Shown here: positions 9,884 to 20,767 of the stretch, one piece after another | Position numbering within the stretch: position 1 is the stretch's first letter | Layout: the number at the start of each line of letters is the position of its first letter | From: a virus | Virus record (IMG/VR): IMGVR_UViG_3300025407_001359 | DNA length: 64,000 nt | Strand: one strand, 5' to 3' | Made by a program: the position numbers and the translations under genes | Notes under the pieces: generated by a model | What the model was told of the DNA's origin: nothing | What the model saw: the letters and a program-made list of their open reading frames with translations, nothing else | Database searches by the model: none

Positions 9884-10594
9884 ATGCTTAAACCAAAATT
9901 TGACTATACACCTTGTGACAGAGAAACAATCAACGGCAAACGACATTATTGTTTACCAGACGGCAGCAAAGTTCCCAGCGTTACAACAATCCTGGACCGG
10001 ACCAAAAGTGCAGAATCCAAAGCCGCACTGGCTAATTGGAAAAAAAGTGTCGGGGAAGCTAGAGCACAGCAGATCACCACCGAAGCTGCCAATCGTGGAA
10101 CACGTATGCACAGCTACTTGGAGCACTATGTTAAAACTGGTGAAATGAAAGAGTTTCCAACTAACCCGTTTGCACAGCCTTCGTGGTTCATGGCTGCACA
10201 GGTTATCTTGGAAGGATTTGTCAAAGTCAATGAAGTATGGGGAGTTGAAGTACCGGTTTATTATAGTGGGTTATATGCTGGCACCACAGATTCGGTGGGA
10301 GTACACGACAACAAGCCGGCTATAATGGACTACAAACAAACCAACAAATTAAAAAAACGCGAATATATCACCGACTATTTTGTACAGTTGGCGGCCTATG
10401 CACAGGCACACAACAATATGCACGGAACCGACATCAAAAAAGGCGTAATCCTTATGTGTCAACAGCCTAAACAGCTGGAAGATGGCTCTTACGACACTCC
10501 TGTTTACCAAGAGTTTGTGTTGGAAGGCGCCGAATTTGATCATTATTGTGACGAGTGGAACAAACGTGTAGAGCTGTACTACCTTACTGCATAA
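9884..10594 (+). CDS. PD-(D/E)XK exonuclease (T4-like phage type)
   Basis: PSVTTIL, RGTRMH, E.PVY...AGTTD, DYKQT, YFVQLAAYA. Confidence 0.85.
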   Translation: MLKPKFDYTPCDRETINGKRHYCLPDGSKVPSVTTILDRTKSAESKAALANWKKSVGEARAQQITTEAANRGTRMHSYLEHYVKTGEMKEFPTNPFAQPSWFMAAQVILEGFVKVNEVWGVEVPVYYSGLYAGTTDSVGVHDNKPAIMDYKQTNKLKKREYITDYFVQLAAYAQAHNNMHGTDIKKGVILMCQQPKQLEDGSYDTPVYQEFVLEGAEFDHYCDEWNKRVELYYLTA

Positions 10595-10624
10595 ATACAT
10601 TATTATCATTAAGGTTACAGTAAT

Positions 10625-11962
10625 ATGGCTATTGTTCAAATCAGTAGAATTCAACATCGCAGAGGTCTACAGCAAGATCTTCCACAATTGGCTAGCGCAG
10701 AGCTAGGTTGGAGCATTGACACCCGTCGTTTATATATCGGTAACGGCACTTTGTCGGAAGGAGCTTCAGTTGAAGGCGTTACTGAGATTTTGACCAGCCA
10801 AAGTAATTTCTTAGAATTTGTCAACACCTATACGTTCAAAGGTACTGATGCCGGTTACACCAGTCTTACTGGGCCAACACAACTCAGTCCAGTACTGAGA
10901 AGTTTACAAGCCAAGCTGGATGAAACAGTCAGTGTACGAGATTTTGGTGCTACCGGCAACGGCATTACCGACGATACCAATGCTATTCAACGTGCAATAC
11001 AACAAATTTATGTTTCTGACCTAAACGTTCCGGTACCAACAGTACGTAGAACTATACGGATTCCAGCTGGCAAATATGTTGTTTCATCGCCTATCAAGGT
11101 TCCGCCCAACTGTACCATTGTTGGAGATGGAAAAAACAATACTATACTGTCTAGTATCAATGGCACAGTATTTGTCACAGCCGACAACAAATACAACACT
11201 GGTGCTGGTCTTGGCACTGGTGGTGCAGTACTGCCATCCAACATCAGCGTCAGTAGATTGACCATAACAAAAACTGCCAACACCGTTGATCCAGTTGCAA
11301 GCATTGACAGCGCCACAAATATATCTTTTGATGAAGTGGTCTTCAATGGTGATGCAACTGTTGAACACTTGGTGGAATTGGCCAGTTCTAAAAATCCTTG
11401 CAATGCAGTCACATTCAATCGCTGTGTGTTTACCGGCGCAGTCAATGGCATACGTGCTGTTGTTGCCACCAGTACCAATATCAATGTCAAAAATAGCACG
11501 TTCTCTGGTCAATCAGGAACGGCTGTGGTAACTGATGCTAACTTGTCCGGTTTTGTTAGTGTAGGCAACGAATTCAATTCCGTGGCTCCATTCACCAGAT
11601 TATACGGCAACAATTACAGCATCGGCGATCACGCCACAGCCGGAACTCCAGGTATCCATATGGGTAGCGCAGTTTATGGGCCTGGTGGAAATGTATCCTT
11701 GTCTGGTAATGCAGTGACAACTGTTACCACATTGACATCATCGGGAGTGGTTGATTATCAGTTAACCAACAATACCGACTATAGATTTGGTACTATCAAG
11801 TATACCATTGGCAACACTGGAACAATTTATTTTACAGATGAATACTCCGAATCTACCACAAACTTCTTGTCAGCCAATCTGTATGTTGCAACTGGTGGAA
11901 ACCTTACCTGTTTTGCCAGTGGCGCAGCTGTCATAAATTTTAATATTAAAAACTTTTCCTAA
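10625..11962 (+). CDS. Tail fibre/tailspike with pectate-lyase-like beta-helix
   Basis: QHRRG..LPQLA.AELGW..D..RLYIGNG N-terminus; VSVRDFGATGNGITDDTNAIQRAI; late box at 10592. Confidence 0.75.
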   Translation: MAIVQISRIQHRRGLQQDLPQLASAELGWSIDTRRLYIGNGTLSEGASVEGVTEILTSQSNFLEFVNTYTFKGTDAGYTSLTGPTQLSPVLRSLQAKLDETVSVRDFGATGNGITDDTNAIQRAIQQIYVSDLNVPVPTVRRTIRIPAGKYVVSSPIKVPPNCTIVGDGKNNTILSSINGTVFVTADNKYNTGAGLGTGGAVLPSNISVSRLTITKTANTVDPVASIDSATNISFDEVVFNGDATVEHLVELASSKNPCNAVTFNRCVFTGAVNGIRAVVATSTNINVKNSTFSGQSGTAVVTDANLSGFVSVGNEFNSVAPFTRLYGNNYSIGDHATAGTPGIHMGSAVYGPGGNVSLSGNAVTTVTTLTSSGVVDYQLTNNTDYRFGTIKYTIGNTGTIYFTDEYSESTTNFLSANLYVATGGNLTCFASGAAVINFNIKNFS

Positions 11963-11965
11963 ACA

Positions 11966-12415
11966 ATGTTTCAACTAAAAGCCGAGGACCGGTTGAGGTC
12001 CTGGCGTGACTTTCGATCCACGTTAGATTCGTTAACATTAGACCAAGCACTGGCTCGTACTGCTGAGTACTGGGCCCGCGCACCATTTGTGCCTTATCAT
12101 TTGGATCCAGAATCCATTGATACCTGGCCCACACCCTGGGAATTGGTTGACGAAAATGTCTATTGTGACCTTGCAAAATGCCTGGGAATAGTTTATACTA
12201 TGCTATTAACCAAGCATAGAATGGAACTGGACATAGAAATTAGAGTGTACGAAAACCCACAAAATTTATATGAGTTTAATTTAGCTTGGTTCAATCAAGG
12301 AAAATATATCCTGAATATGATTGACGGAGATATAGTAAATATCAAACAAGTCGAACAAACGTTGCAGTTAAAAAAAACAATTACAGCAGTACAGTTAAAA
12401 CTAGAACAATATTAA
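11966..12415 (+). CDS. Hypothetical protein
   Basis: 149-aa ORF; YCDLAKC may be a transglutaminase-like site (weak). Confidence 0.55.
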   Translation: MFQLKAEDRLRSWRDFRSTLDSLTLDQALARTAEYWARAPFVPYHLDPESIDTWPTPWELVDENVYCDLAKCLGIVYTMLLTKHRMELDIEIRVYENPQNLYEFNLAWFNQGKYILNMIDGDIVNIKQVEQTLQLKKTITAVQLKLEQY

Positions 12416-12424
12416 GAGAAATCA

Positions 12425-14722
12425 ATGACATCAATCAAAGTTACAAAGCGGGAAGGTCACACAGAAGACCTCGATTTAGAAAAATTACACAAAGTGGTAT
12501 TTTGGGCAACACAAGGCATTACAGGTGTCAGCGCCAGCGAAGTAGAAATTAAAAGTCACATACAATTTTACAACGGCATTCGAACAGCCGACATTCAAGA
12601 AACCTTGATCAAAAGTGCTGCAGATTTGATCTCAGAAGAAACTCCCAACTACCAATACGTAGCAGGTCGATTGATCAACTATCACCTGCGTAAACAAATT
12701 TATAACGATTATAATCCTTGCTCACTGCTGGAATTGGTCAAACGCAACGTGGAAAGTGGATTTTATGATCGTGGTCTATTGGAAGCCTATTCTGAACAAG
12801 AGTGGATCACTCTAGACACGTACCTAGATCACAAACGCGATGAGAATTTTACCTATGTGGCCATGGAACAATGGCGTGGCAAGTACTTGGTACAAAATCG
12901 CGTAACCGGTGAAATATTTGAAACACCGCAAATGGCCTATATGCTGATAGCGGCCACTCTATTTCAATCGTACCCTGCAGACACACGCTTACGTTGGGTA
13001 AAGGATTATTATGATGCAATCAGTCTTGGAGACATTAGTCTTCCCACTCCTGTTATGGCTGGTGTACGCACTCCACAGAAACAGTTCTCCAGTTGTGTAC
13101 TGATTGAAGCCGACGACAGCCTGGACAGTATCAATGCTACCAGCAGCAGCATTGTCAAGTATGTTAGTCAGAAAGCCGGTATTGGAATTGGTGCCGGACG
13201 TATCCGTGCATTAGGTAGCCCGATCAGATCCGGCGATGCTTATCATACTGGTGTTGTACCTTTTTACAAATTGTTCCAAAGTGCCACACGTAGTTGTAGT
13301 CAAGGTGGTGTGCGTAATGGTGCCGCCACCTTATACTATCCTATCTGGCATTTGGAAATTGAAGACCTTATTGTGCTAAAGAACAACAAAGGCACAGAAG
13401 ATAACCGTGTACGTCATATGGACTATGGTGTACAGTTTAACAAATTGATGTATGAACGATTAATTTCAGGCGGGGATATCACTTGCTTTAGTCCTCATGA
13501 TGTACCTGAAATGTATGATGCGTTTTTCAATAACCAAGAACGCTTCAAAGAGTTGTACGAACGAGCAGAACGTAACACCAAGTTACGCAAGAAGACCTTT
13601 AAGGCTGCTGATCTGTTTACACGTTTTATGCAGGAACGCAAAGATACTGGACGTATCTATTTGCAGAATGTAGATCACGCAAACACTCACAGTCCTTTTG
13701 ATGAAAATGTAGCACCCGTAAAGATGTCAAACCTTTGTTGTGAAATTGATTTACCAACAGTTCCACTAAAGGATGTCAACGACGAGGATGGTAGGATTGC
13801 ACTCTGTACCTTGAGCGCAATCAATTGGGGCAATGTAAAAAGCCCAAATGACTTCCAGAAACCGTGTGAACTGGCAGTACGTGGTTTAGATGCATTATTG
13901 AGTTATCAGAATTATCCTGTACGTGCGGCGGAACTTGCCACTGAAGAGTTCCGTCCACTAGGAGTTGGTATTATTAACTTTGCCTATTTCTTGGCCAAGA
14001 ACGATGTCAGTTATTCAGATCCTGCTGCATTGGCCTTGGTTGATGAGTATGCTGAAGCCTGGAGTTACTACCTATTAAAAGCTTCAGCTGATCTCGCCGT
14101 TGAACAAGGTGCCTGCGGTCGTTGGAAAGATTTAAAGTCGTCGGCAGGTATTCTTCCTATTGACACACGCAAACGCGAAATTGACGAATTGGTACCACAC
14201 CAAGAGCGTATGCCCTGGAACGAACTACGTACTCAAACACAAGCTACTGGTCAGCGTAATGCTACCCTAATGGCTCTAATGCCTGCAGAGACAAGTGCTC
14301 AAATTAGCAATGCAACAAACGGCATTGAGCCCCCACGTAGTTATGTGTCAGTTAAACAAAGCAAACACGGTGTACTGAAACAAGTGGTACCCGAGTTCCG
14401 CAAATTAAAAAACAAGTATGAATTGTTATGGGATCAACGTAGTCCCGAAGGTTATTTAAAACTGTGTGCAGTACTACAAAAATACATTGATCAAGGTATT
14501 AGTGTAAACACATCCTACAATCCACGCTTTTACGATGACGAAAAAATTCCAATGAGCGAAATGCTCAAAGACGTAATACAGTTTTACAAGTATGGCGGTA
14601 AACAGTTGTATTATTTCAATACCAATGATGGTCAAGGCGAAATTGACATTGATAAATTAAGTCAACAACAGGTAGAACAAACACCAACTGATGATGCAGA
14701 TTGCGATAGCTGTGTGATTTAA
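12425..14722 (+). CDS. nrdA: Ribonucleotide reductase class Ia alpha subunit
   Basis: ATP-cone (VTKREG), QFSSCVL, SCSQGGVRNG, SNLCCEI, C-terminal CDSC. Confidence 0.97.
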   Translation: MTSIKVTKREGHTEDLDLEKLHKVVFWATQGITGVSASEVEIKSHIQFYNGIRTADIQETLIKSAADLISEETPNYQYVAGRLINYHLRKQIYNDYNPCSLLELVKRNVESGFYDRGLLEAYSEQEWITLDTYLDHKRDENFTYVAMEQWRGKYLVQNRVTGEIFETPQMAYMLIAATLFQSYPADTRLRWVKDYYDAISLGDISLPTPVMAGVRTPQKQFSSCVLIEADDSLDSINATSSSIVKYVSQKAGIGIGAGRIRALGSPIRSGDAYHTGVVPFYKLFQSATRSCSQGGVRNGAATLYYPIWHLEIEDLIVLKNNKGTEDNRVRHMDYGVQFNKLMYERLISGGDITCFSPHDVPEMYDAFFNNQERFKELYERAERNTKLRKKTFKAADLFTRFMQERKDTGRIYLQNVDHANTHSPFDENVAPVKMSNLCCEIDLPTVPLKDVNDEDGRIALCTLSAINWGNVKSPNDFQKPCELAVRGLDALLSYQNYPVRAAELATEEFRPLGVGIINFAYFLAKNDVSYSDPAALALVDEYAEAWSYYLLKASADLAVEQGACGRWKDLKSSAGILPIDTRKREIDELVPHQERMPWNELRTQTQATGQRNATLMALMPAETSAQISNATNGIEPPRSYVSVKQSKHGVLKQVVPEFRKLKNKYELLWDQRSPEGYLKLCAVLQKYIDQGISVNTSYNPRFYDDEKIPMSEMLKDVIQFYKYGGKQLYYFNTNDGQGEIDIDKLSQQQVEQTPTDDADCDSCVI

Positions 14723-14723
14723 T

Positions 14724-15533
14724 ATGAAACCTAGTGTATTAGTTGCTGTAGGATGTAGTTGGGTAGCCGGTGCCTTCATGGACTGTGACCCCGCTGCGAC
14801 TGACTTTGACTACAATCACACAGTTGATCCTGAGTTCCGCAACAAAAACAGCTTTGCTGGACTACTACAACAACAACTTGGTTTAGATACTGTGCATTTT
14901 ATTGCACAAAACGGCGCCAGCAACGACAACCAATTGCGAAAACTAATGTCTTTTGTTGACTCCAACAGAGACAAATACGATCGTATGTTTGTGTTATGGG
15001 GCTTATCAAGTATCTATCGTTGGGAAACTTACAGCAGTACATTGAGTTCAGTTGAAGACAATGCCTATGGTAGAATCAATCACAAACCTGGCATAGAAAA
15101 AGAACTCAAATATTATTTTGGCCATTTTTGGAATCAAGAACACGAGTTAGAAAAACTTGGCAACAAAATTTTGCTTTTAGATGGGTACTTGACATCGTTG
15201 AACATTGATCACTTGTTTGTAAACAGTTTTCAAGGGTATTCAGCAAAAGATTTAAAAATACACAATATCCAAGACAAAAATTTTTATTTACCAGCAGATT
15301 CAGAAAATGATCTGGTTAGTTTATTATGTCGCAAAAATCAGATATATATTAAACAGTCAAAAATGCCTTTTTTAAATCTGTTGCGACCAACTGCCAATCA
15401 AATTATCAGCAGTAACATTAGAGAGCTACAGCAATCAGGATGGTTAGATCGTGCCACAGCACATCCAACAGTAAAAGCACACCAGTTGATTGCTGATGAA
15501 TTATACAATTATATAAAGGAAAAACAACAATGA
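14724..15533 (+). CDS. SGNH/GDSL-like hydrolase, paralogue 2 (between nrdA and nrdB)
   Basis: VAVGCSW, NGASN, terminal AHPT. Confidence 0.6.
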   Translation: MKPSVLVAVGCSWVAGAFMDCDPAATDFDYNHTVDPEFRNKNSFAGLLQQQLGLDTVHFIAQNGASNDNQLRKLMSFVDSNRDKYDRMFVLWGLSSIYRWETYSSTLSSVEDNAYGRINHKPGIEKELKYYFGHFWNQEHELEKLGNKILLLDGYLTSLNIDHLFVNSFQGYSAKDLKIHNIQDKNFYLPADSENDLVSLLCRKNQIYIKQSKMPFLNLLRPTANQIISSNIRELQQSGWLDRATAHPTVKAHQLIADELYNYIKEKQQ

Positions 15534-16657
15534 GCGTATTTAATATAAGAAAAACGGATCACACCAAATCATTGGCTTTCCTTGACACCAACGGCACACC
15601 GGCGGTACAGCGTTACGACGTATTGAAGTATCGTCAGTTTGACAAATTGACTGACAAGCAACTGGGGTTCTTTTGGCGTCCAGAAGAAATTGACGTTATG
15701 CGTGATGCCAAAGACTTCAAAGAACTAACCGACTTTGAACAACATATTTTTACCAGCAACCTGAAGCGTCAGATCCTGTTGGATAGTGTGCAAGGTCGCA
15801 GTCCAAATTTGGCCTTTCTTCCATTGGCCACTATTCCTGAATTGGAAACTTGGATTGAAACTTGGGCATTTAACGAAACTATTCACAGTCGTAGTTATAC
15901 ACACATTATCCGCAACGTGTATGCCAATCCCAGCGAAATCTTTGACGAGCTGTTGGAGCTGGACGAAATTGTGGCCTGTGCTCAAGACATCAGCAAATAC
16001 TATGATGATCTGATTGAATATGGCAATTGGTATCGTATGTTGGGTTTGGGCGAGCATACAGTCAATGGTAAAAAGATTGTTGTGGATATGTATCAACTTA
16101 AAAAGAAATTGTGGTTGGCATTAAACTCAGTCAACGCATTAGAAGGTATTCGTTTTTATGTTAGTTTTGCTTGCAGTTGGGCATTTGCGGAATTAAAAAA
16201 GATGGAAGGCAATGCCAAGATAATTAAACTTATAGCCCGGGACGAAAACGTACACTTGGGGTCCACGCAAACCCTGTTAAAATTATTGCCTACAGATGAC
16301 CCAGACTATGCATTGTTAAAAATTGAAACCAAGGCCGAGTGTGAGCAAATGTTTCTGGCAGCTGCTGCACAAGAAAAAAGCTGGGCCCGGTACCTGTTCA
16401 AAGATGGATCAATGATTGGTCTCAATGAAGTGTTGTTGAGCCAGTATGTGGATTGGTTGACCTGCAAACGTATGACAGCAGTGGGACTCGACTGTGGTAT
16501 GAAGCCAGGCTCAAGTAATCCGTTACCTTGGACAGCCAAATGGATTGCTGGTGCTGAAGTACAGGTAGCACCGCAAGAAACAGAAATTACCACCTATGTA
16601 ATTGGTGGTACAAAACAAGATGTCGACAAAGACACATTTAAAGGATTTAGTTTATAA
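15530..16657 (+). CDS. nrdB: Ribonucleotide reductase class Ia beta subunit
   Basis: FFWRPEE, LLDSVQ, ETIHSRSY, LEGIRFYVSF, IARDENVH. Confidence 0.97.
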   Translation: MSVFNIRKTDHTKSLAFLDTNGTPAVQRYDVLKYRQFDKLTDKQLGFFWRPEEIDVMRDAKDFKELTDFEQHIFTSNLKRQILLDSVQGRSPNLAFLPLATIPELETWIETWAFNETIHSRSYTHIIRNVYANPSEIFDELLELDEIVACAQDISKYYDDLIEYGNWYRMLGLGEHTVNGKKIVVDMYQLKKKLWLALNSVNALEGIRFYVSFACSWAFAELKKMEGNAKIIKLIARDENVHLGSTQTLLKLLPTDDPDYALLKIETKAECEQMFLAAAAQEKSWARYLFKDGSMIGLNEVLLSQYVDWLTCKRMTAVGLDCGMKPGSSNPLPWTAKWIAGAEVQVAPQETEITTYVIGGTKQDVDKDTFKGFSL

Positions 16658-16902
16658 TGATCACAGTATATTCAAAAAATCATTGCCCATTTTGCGATCA
16701 AGCAAAATCGTTGTTAAAATTAAAAGGCATTGCATTCGAAGAAATCAAAATTGATGAAACACCCGAAGCACGTGAGTTTGTTTTAAGTGAAGGTCATCGT
16801 ACAGTTCCACAAATCTACCAGGACGGCAAGTTGTTAGTAGAAGGCGGATTTCAAGGTCTTAAAAAGCAGTCAGAAGAGTTTTTCAATCAACTAAAAGGAT
16901 AG
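16657..16902 (+). CDS. Glutaredoxin
   Basis: CPFC active site, TVPQI, GGF; adjacent to nrdB. Confidence 0.93.
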   Translation: MITVYSKNHCPFCDQAKSLLKLKGIAFEEIKIDETPEAREFVLSEGHRTVPQIYQDGKLLVEGGFQGLKKQSEEFFNQLKG

Positions 16903-16905
16903 TAA

Positions 16906-17214
16906 ATGTTAATCAATAAAGGATATGAAGCAGGCGACATCGTTTGCTTCAAAATCGTCACTGGTGATGAAATCATTGCCAAACTTGTAAGTGAAGGATC
17001 AGCTGGATTTGTAGTCAGTCGTCCTTGTACTGTTATTCCAAGCCCACAAGGTCTAGGCCTGATGCAAAGCCTGATTTCTGCGGATATAAATACTAATGTA
17101 ACGCTGAAAAACGAGCATATTCTTATGCACGGTCCTGTAATCAAAGATATTGAAAATCACTATATCCGCACTACCACAGGTATTGAACCAGCGTCAAAAG
17201 GAATAATTACCTAA
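16906..17214 (+). CDS. Hypothetical protein (possible Sm-like fold)
   Basis: GDIVCFKIVTGDEIIAKL beta-rich pattern. Confidence 0.5.
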   Translation: MLINKGYEAGDIVCFKIVTGDEIIAKLVSEGSAGFVVSRPCTVIPSPQGLGLMQSLISADINTNVTLKNEHILMHGPVIKDIENHYIRTTTGIEPASKGIIT

Positions 17215-17498
17215 TGCCAGCAGCCGCAAGAAAAGGTGACCCAGACACCAGCGATGGTGCAATTACCAGTGAGTGTGTTGATTCCGTGTTGATCAACGGC
17301 AAACCAGCGGCAGTGGTAGGCAGTATGGATAGAGATCACGCACCATATGGTCGACCACACAGACCCCACGTGCCCAATCCCATTGTGTCGGGCAGTAGCA
17401 CAGTTTTCTTTGGTGGTAAAGCAGCCGCACGTGTAGGCGACCCATTTCAATGCGGACACAAAGTTGCCAGCGGTAGTCCAGATGTTAACATTGGGTAA
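17214..17498 (+). CDS. PAAR-repeat spike tip protein
   Basis: PAAARKGD, NGKPAAVVG, GGKAAARVGD with His/Cys ligands; TATAAATA at 17085. Confidence 0.92.
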   Translation: MPAAARKGDPDTSDGAITSECVDSVLINGKPAAVVGSMDRDHAPYGRPHRPHVPNPIVSGSSTVFFGGKAAARVGDPFQCGHKVASGSPDVNIG

Positions 17499-17500
17499 CC

Positions 17501-19300
17501 ATGGCAACCGCACTCGCTCTCAACGCCGCTAGTACTATCCTTTCAGGCCAAGGGTTGGCTCCCAACGCCAATCTGATTGCGCAGATTTCTGCATTTCAAG
17601 CACACACCCCCATTGTGCAATTGGCAAATCTTTTTGCCTACATACAAACCGATGCCAATGCGGCCGCTAACCTAATGCCAGTATTGAGCACAATAGGTGG
17701 ATCAAGTGCCAATCGTTGGATATTGGATCTTTGTCCAACCGACACATTGGTTTATATCACAAACAGGCCGTTGGTGTACGGCAACATCGCCGGTAATTAC
17801 AAACCAAGATTCAGCACTACTATAAGCAATCAAGCAACTGGTCCATTCTCAGGTGGCCTGGCCACATTTGCCAATGTGTACACCACTGTGGCTGCATATA
17901 CCATTTCAAGTTTTGATGTGGTGGCCAGTGCATTTATGCTTGGTGGAAAAACTTATGCCGACTCTGGAATTGGATTTACGGGGCCGGGCGATTTGGCAAC
18001 CGGCGGAATTGGCAATGTTGGCCCAACGATCGCTACTGCTGTCAGTGGGTGGGGCACAATGTATGATATCAAAAACATTGCCACAGCCGGCGACACCTAT
18101 GTGTTTGGAAAAAATTTACTCAGTCAAAAACTTGGCACGTATGGTAATCTTTCCGATCAATTGACCAGCGTGGGATTGGATGTGTCAGATCTGACCACTA
18201 TTCCCTCATCTACTACTACCACAAGTCAAGTGGCTTCTTCAACCACATCGAGAAGCCTGATTGGGCAAGTTGATTTGCCAAGTTTGGCCACTGTGACCAC
18301 AACTACAGTAGTGACTGGTAGTAGCCCAGCAGTAGTACAAAACATTTATGCCAATGTCACCGGTAGTGATTTATCAGCTATTATATCAGCCACTAACTTT
18401 ACTGGCAATACTGCTGCAATACGCAATCTCAATGACTTTTTAGATATCACTCGGGTGGTTCCTGCCAACGTCCTGCCAATATTAAACAGCCTTGGTGCCA
18501 ACACTTTTGCCACATTTGGTCAGCTGGTACACAACAAAATAGGACAAGGCAATTTTAAATCCTGGGCCGATCTCTCAGCGTTTTTATCCAGTGTTGTGGT
18601 ACCTGCGCTGAGCAATACTTCAACTACCAGCACCACTCCACTGTTAAACAATGTATCAGTATTGACCAACGGCATCAAAGGATCTGGCCCATTTCAAAAT
18701 CTCATTATCAGCGATATGTTAGGAGCAGTCGGCGGCGGCAGTTATGTTACCAATTTAACTACATTGAACAACTACTATAACACAGTGGTTACTCCGGCAG
18801 TTACATCTGCTATGAGCAACTTGGTTGTCTGTGTCAATCAATTTATGGCAAACTCTGCTGCCGGCAATGCCAACACAGTGGTGGCCAACGTAGCATCAGT
18901 AACATCTGCATTGAACGCTATTCCTGCCAGTGCCAATTTGACTCTTTGCCAAACAGCCTATAACACAATGTGGGCCAATGTACAAACAGAAATTGCCGCA
19001 CTCAAAGCTGCTGGAGTAGACTACAGTGGTACTGTTACAGCACTAAACAGCTTTGCACAGAATTTTTACAGCACAGCGGCAGATCGAGACCGACTGGAAA
19101 CTTATCAATTTTTTGCCAATTTAATTACCAACGATGCTGCCGGTGATACCTTACGTGCGACTGTGGCAGAAACTATCAATACTCAATTGTTGGGATCACG
19201 AGGAATTGTCCTTAACAACAATGCCGATCCTAATTCTGCCATTTCAAATGCTGCCAAGCAAAACGTACCATTAACTACATACTTATCCCAAAATAAGTAG
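17501..19300 (+). CDS. Large Ala/Thr/Asn-rich protein, probably baseplate/tail-associated
   Basis: 599-aa ORF directly after PAAR. Confidence 0.5.
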   Translation: MATALALNAASTILSGQGLAPNANLIAQISAFQAHTPIVQLANLFAYIQTDANAAANLMPVLSTIGGSSANRWILDLCPTDTLVYITNRPLVYGNIAGNYKPRFSTTISNQATGPFSGGLATFANVYTTVAAYTISSFDVVASAFMLGGKTYADSGIGFTGPGDLATGGIGNVGPTIATAVSGWGTMYDIKNIATAGDTYVFGKNLLSQKLGTYGNLSDQLTSVGLDVSDLTTIPSSTTTTSQVASSTTSRSLIGQVDLPSLATVTTTTVVTGSSPAVVQNIYANVTGSDLSAIISATNFTGNTAAIRNLNDFLDITRVVPANVLPILNSLGANTFATFGQLVHNKIGQGNFKSWADLSAFLSSVVVPALSNTSTTSTTPLLNNVSVLTNGIKGSGPFQNLIISDMLGAVGGGSYVTNLTTLNNYYNTVVTPAVTSAMSNLVVCVNQFMANSAAGNANTVVANVASVTSALNAIPASANLTLCQTAYNTMWANVQTEIAALKAAGVDYSGTVTALNSFAQNFYSTAADRDRLETYQFFANLITNDAAGDTLRATVAETINTQLLGSRGIVLNNNADPNSAISNAAKQNVPLTTYLSQNK

Positions 19301-19339
19301 GGTTATAACGGCCAATTTCTCCAAGAAACACTACTTACC

Positions 19340-19393
19340 TTGACTTGTTAAGACTTATGTAGTATTATAACTACTGAGATATGGCCGTAAATA
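19340..19393 (+). promoter_or_regulatory. sigma70-like promoter plus downstream late box for the hydrolase gene
   Basis: TTGACT-17-TATTAT (19340-19368); TAAATA at 19388-19393. Confidence 0.5.
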
Positions 19394-19436
19394 TCTTACA
19401 TTCCTTAAAAAGAATGTACAACCAAAGGAGGACAGT

Positions 19437-20114
19437 ATGAGAACGATTGTTTCAACTATCGTAGCAATATTAGCCCTGACCGTAATGGCACCCGGTCAAG
19501 CAGAAGAAGTACAACAGAGTTTTTTTAACGCAGTAACAACACAGGCGCAAAGTCGCTTGGATACCTTGGTAGATGCTATTATGACACCCATAGTAGACAT
19601 CACAGTCACCAGCAAGGACATAGACTGCCTTGCGCACAATATCTACTATGAAGCTGGCGGCGAACCCGAAGAAGGCAAAGTAGCAGTGGCCATGGTTACC
19701 ATTAACCGCGTCCGCGATGGTCGTTTTGGTAACTCCATTTGCTCAGTGGTCGGTCAACGCACCGTTGTGGTTCGTGAACGCACAGTCAAAAAAACCGAAG
19801 TAGTAAATACCGGTTGGTTTGGTCGTCCTGAACCAAGAACAATAACTGAAATCAAAATGGATCAAGTACCTGTATGCCAGTTCAGTTGGAAATGTATGTT
19901 TGTTCGCAAACCCAAAGAAGCTGACGAACGCTGGGCAGAAAGTCAACGAGTAGCCACAGCATTGTTGCGAGGCAACTATGCAGACTGGCAGGACAAATAC
20001 AGTGACGCATTGTATTTCCACGCCGCCGGAGTAAGACCACCCTGGGCACGTCAGAAACACTATGTGGCCCGTATAGGTGGACATTTCTTTTACGCTGACT
20101 ATCAGAAATCATAA
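19437..20114 (+). CDS. SleB-like cell-wall hydrolase (Hydrolase_2), copy 1
   Basis: CLAHNIYYEAGGE (catalytic Glu), VT.NRV, CQFSW, ALYFHA; N-terminal signal; GGAGG RBS. Confidence 0.9.
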   Translation: MRTIVSTIVAILALTVMAPGQAEEVQQSFFNAVTTQAQSRLDTLVDAIMTPIVDITVTSKDIDCLAHNIYYEAGGEPEEGKVAVAMVTINRVRDGRFGNSICSVVGQRTVVVRERTVKKTEVVNTGWFGRPEPRTITEIKMDQVPVCQFSWKCMFVRKPKEADERWAESQRVATALLRGNYADWQDKYSDALYFHAAGVRPPWARQKHYVARIGGHFFYADYQKS

Positions 20115-20767
20115 TGTTCTTTGAAGCCCTTGAGCGTTTACAAAGTATCGCTGAGAGACACAGTGGTAAACAATACACGCCCAAGGGACTAACACATTTG
20201 ATTCGTATGCAGTTTTGTGACCCCCAATTGGTATTCAATACCGAGCGCGACAGTCGTGTGGAACCAGGTAATTTTTGGATCAAAGGCGAATATCGTCCAG
20301 CCGACGACGAACAACAAGATCCTTGCATTTATATTACCTTGACTTTTCCCACTCGTAAAAAAATCTGTTACATTGATGGTACCGATTGGGATACCATGGG
20401 ATTTCACATCGCTGATGTAATAACACACGAATATCTGCATCAGTATTACTGTCGCCGCCGCGGTTATCGACACGGACGCGGTTACCGAGCACGAACCACT
20501 TTGCGTTACACAGAAACAATGCAAGACTATTTAGGTTGCGAAGACGAATTGTTGGCCTACAGTTTTAATGTTGCAAGCGAAATGATAGTGTACAATCGTC
20601 CAATGGAACGAACACACGCATATCGACTGTATCGCCGACATTTTAAACACGATCCAAAAGTGCTAACACAATTAAAAAAACACGCCAATAAATATCTTAA
20701 ACGACTGGAGCCAAACAATGAGCAAAGTATCTCAAGATCAAGAATTAGAAATGGGCGACATATATGA
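20114..20767 (+). CDS. Zincin-like metalloprotein
   Basis: THEYLH (HExxH) and downstream EDELLAY. Confidence 0.5.
   Translation: MFFEALERLQSIAERHSGKQYTPKGLTHLIRMQFCDPQLVFNTERDSRVEPGNFWIKGEYRPADDEQQDPCIYITLTFPTRKKICYIDGTDWDTMGFHIADVITHEYLHQYYCRRRGYRHGRGYRARTTLRYTETMQDYLGCEDELLAYSFNVASEMIVYNRPMERTHAYRLYRRHFKHDPKVLTQLKKHANKYLKRLEPNNEQSISRSRIRNGRHI

Noticed and set aside
12425-16657. Intein, intron or homing endonuclease in the nrdA/nrdB region
   Set aside because: Both subunits are normal length and continuous; the intervening ORF has SGNH, not HNH/GIY-YIG/LAGLIDADG, motifs
19308-19396. Alternative pairings (ACGGCCA/TGGCCGT versus AGATAT/ATATCT) as a riboswitch
   Set aside because: The 5' arm lies upstream of both promoters, stems are short, and no aptamer consensus is recognisable
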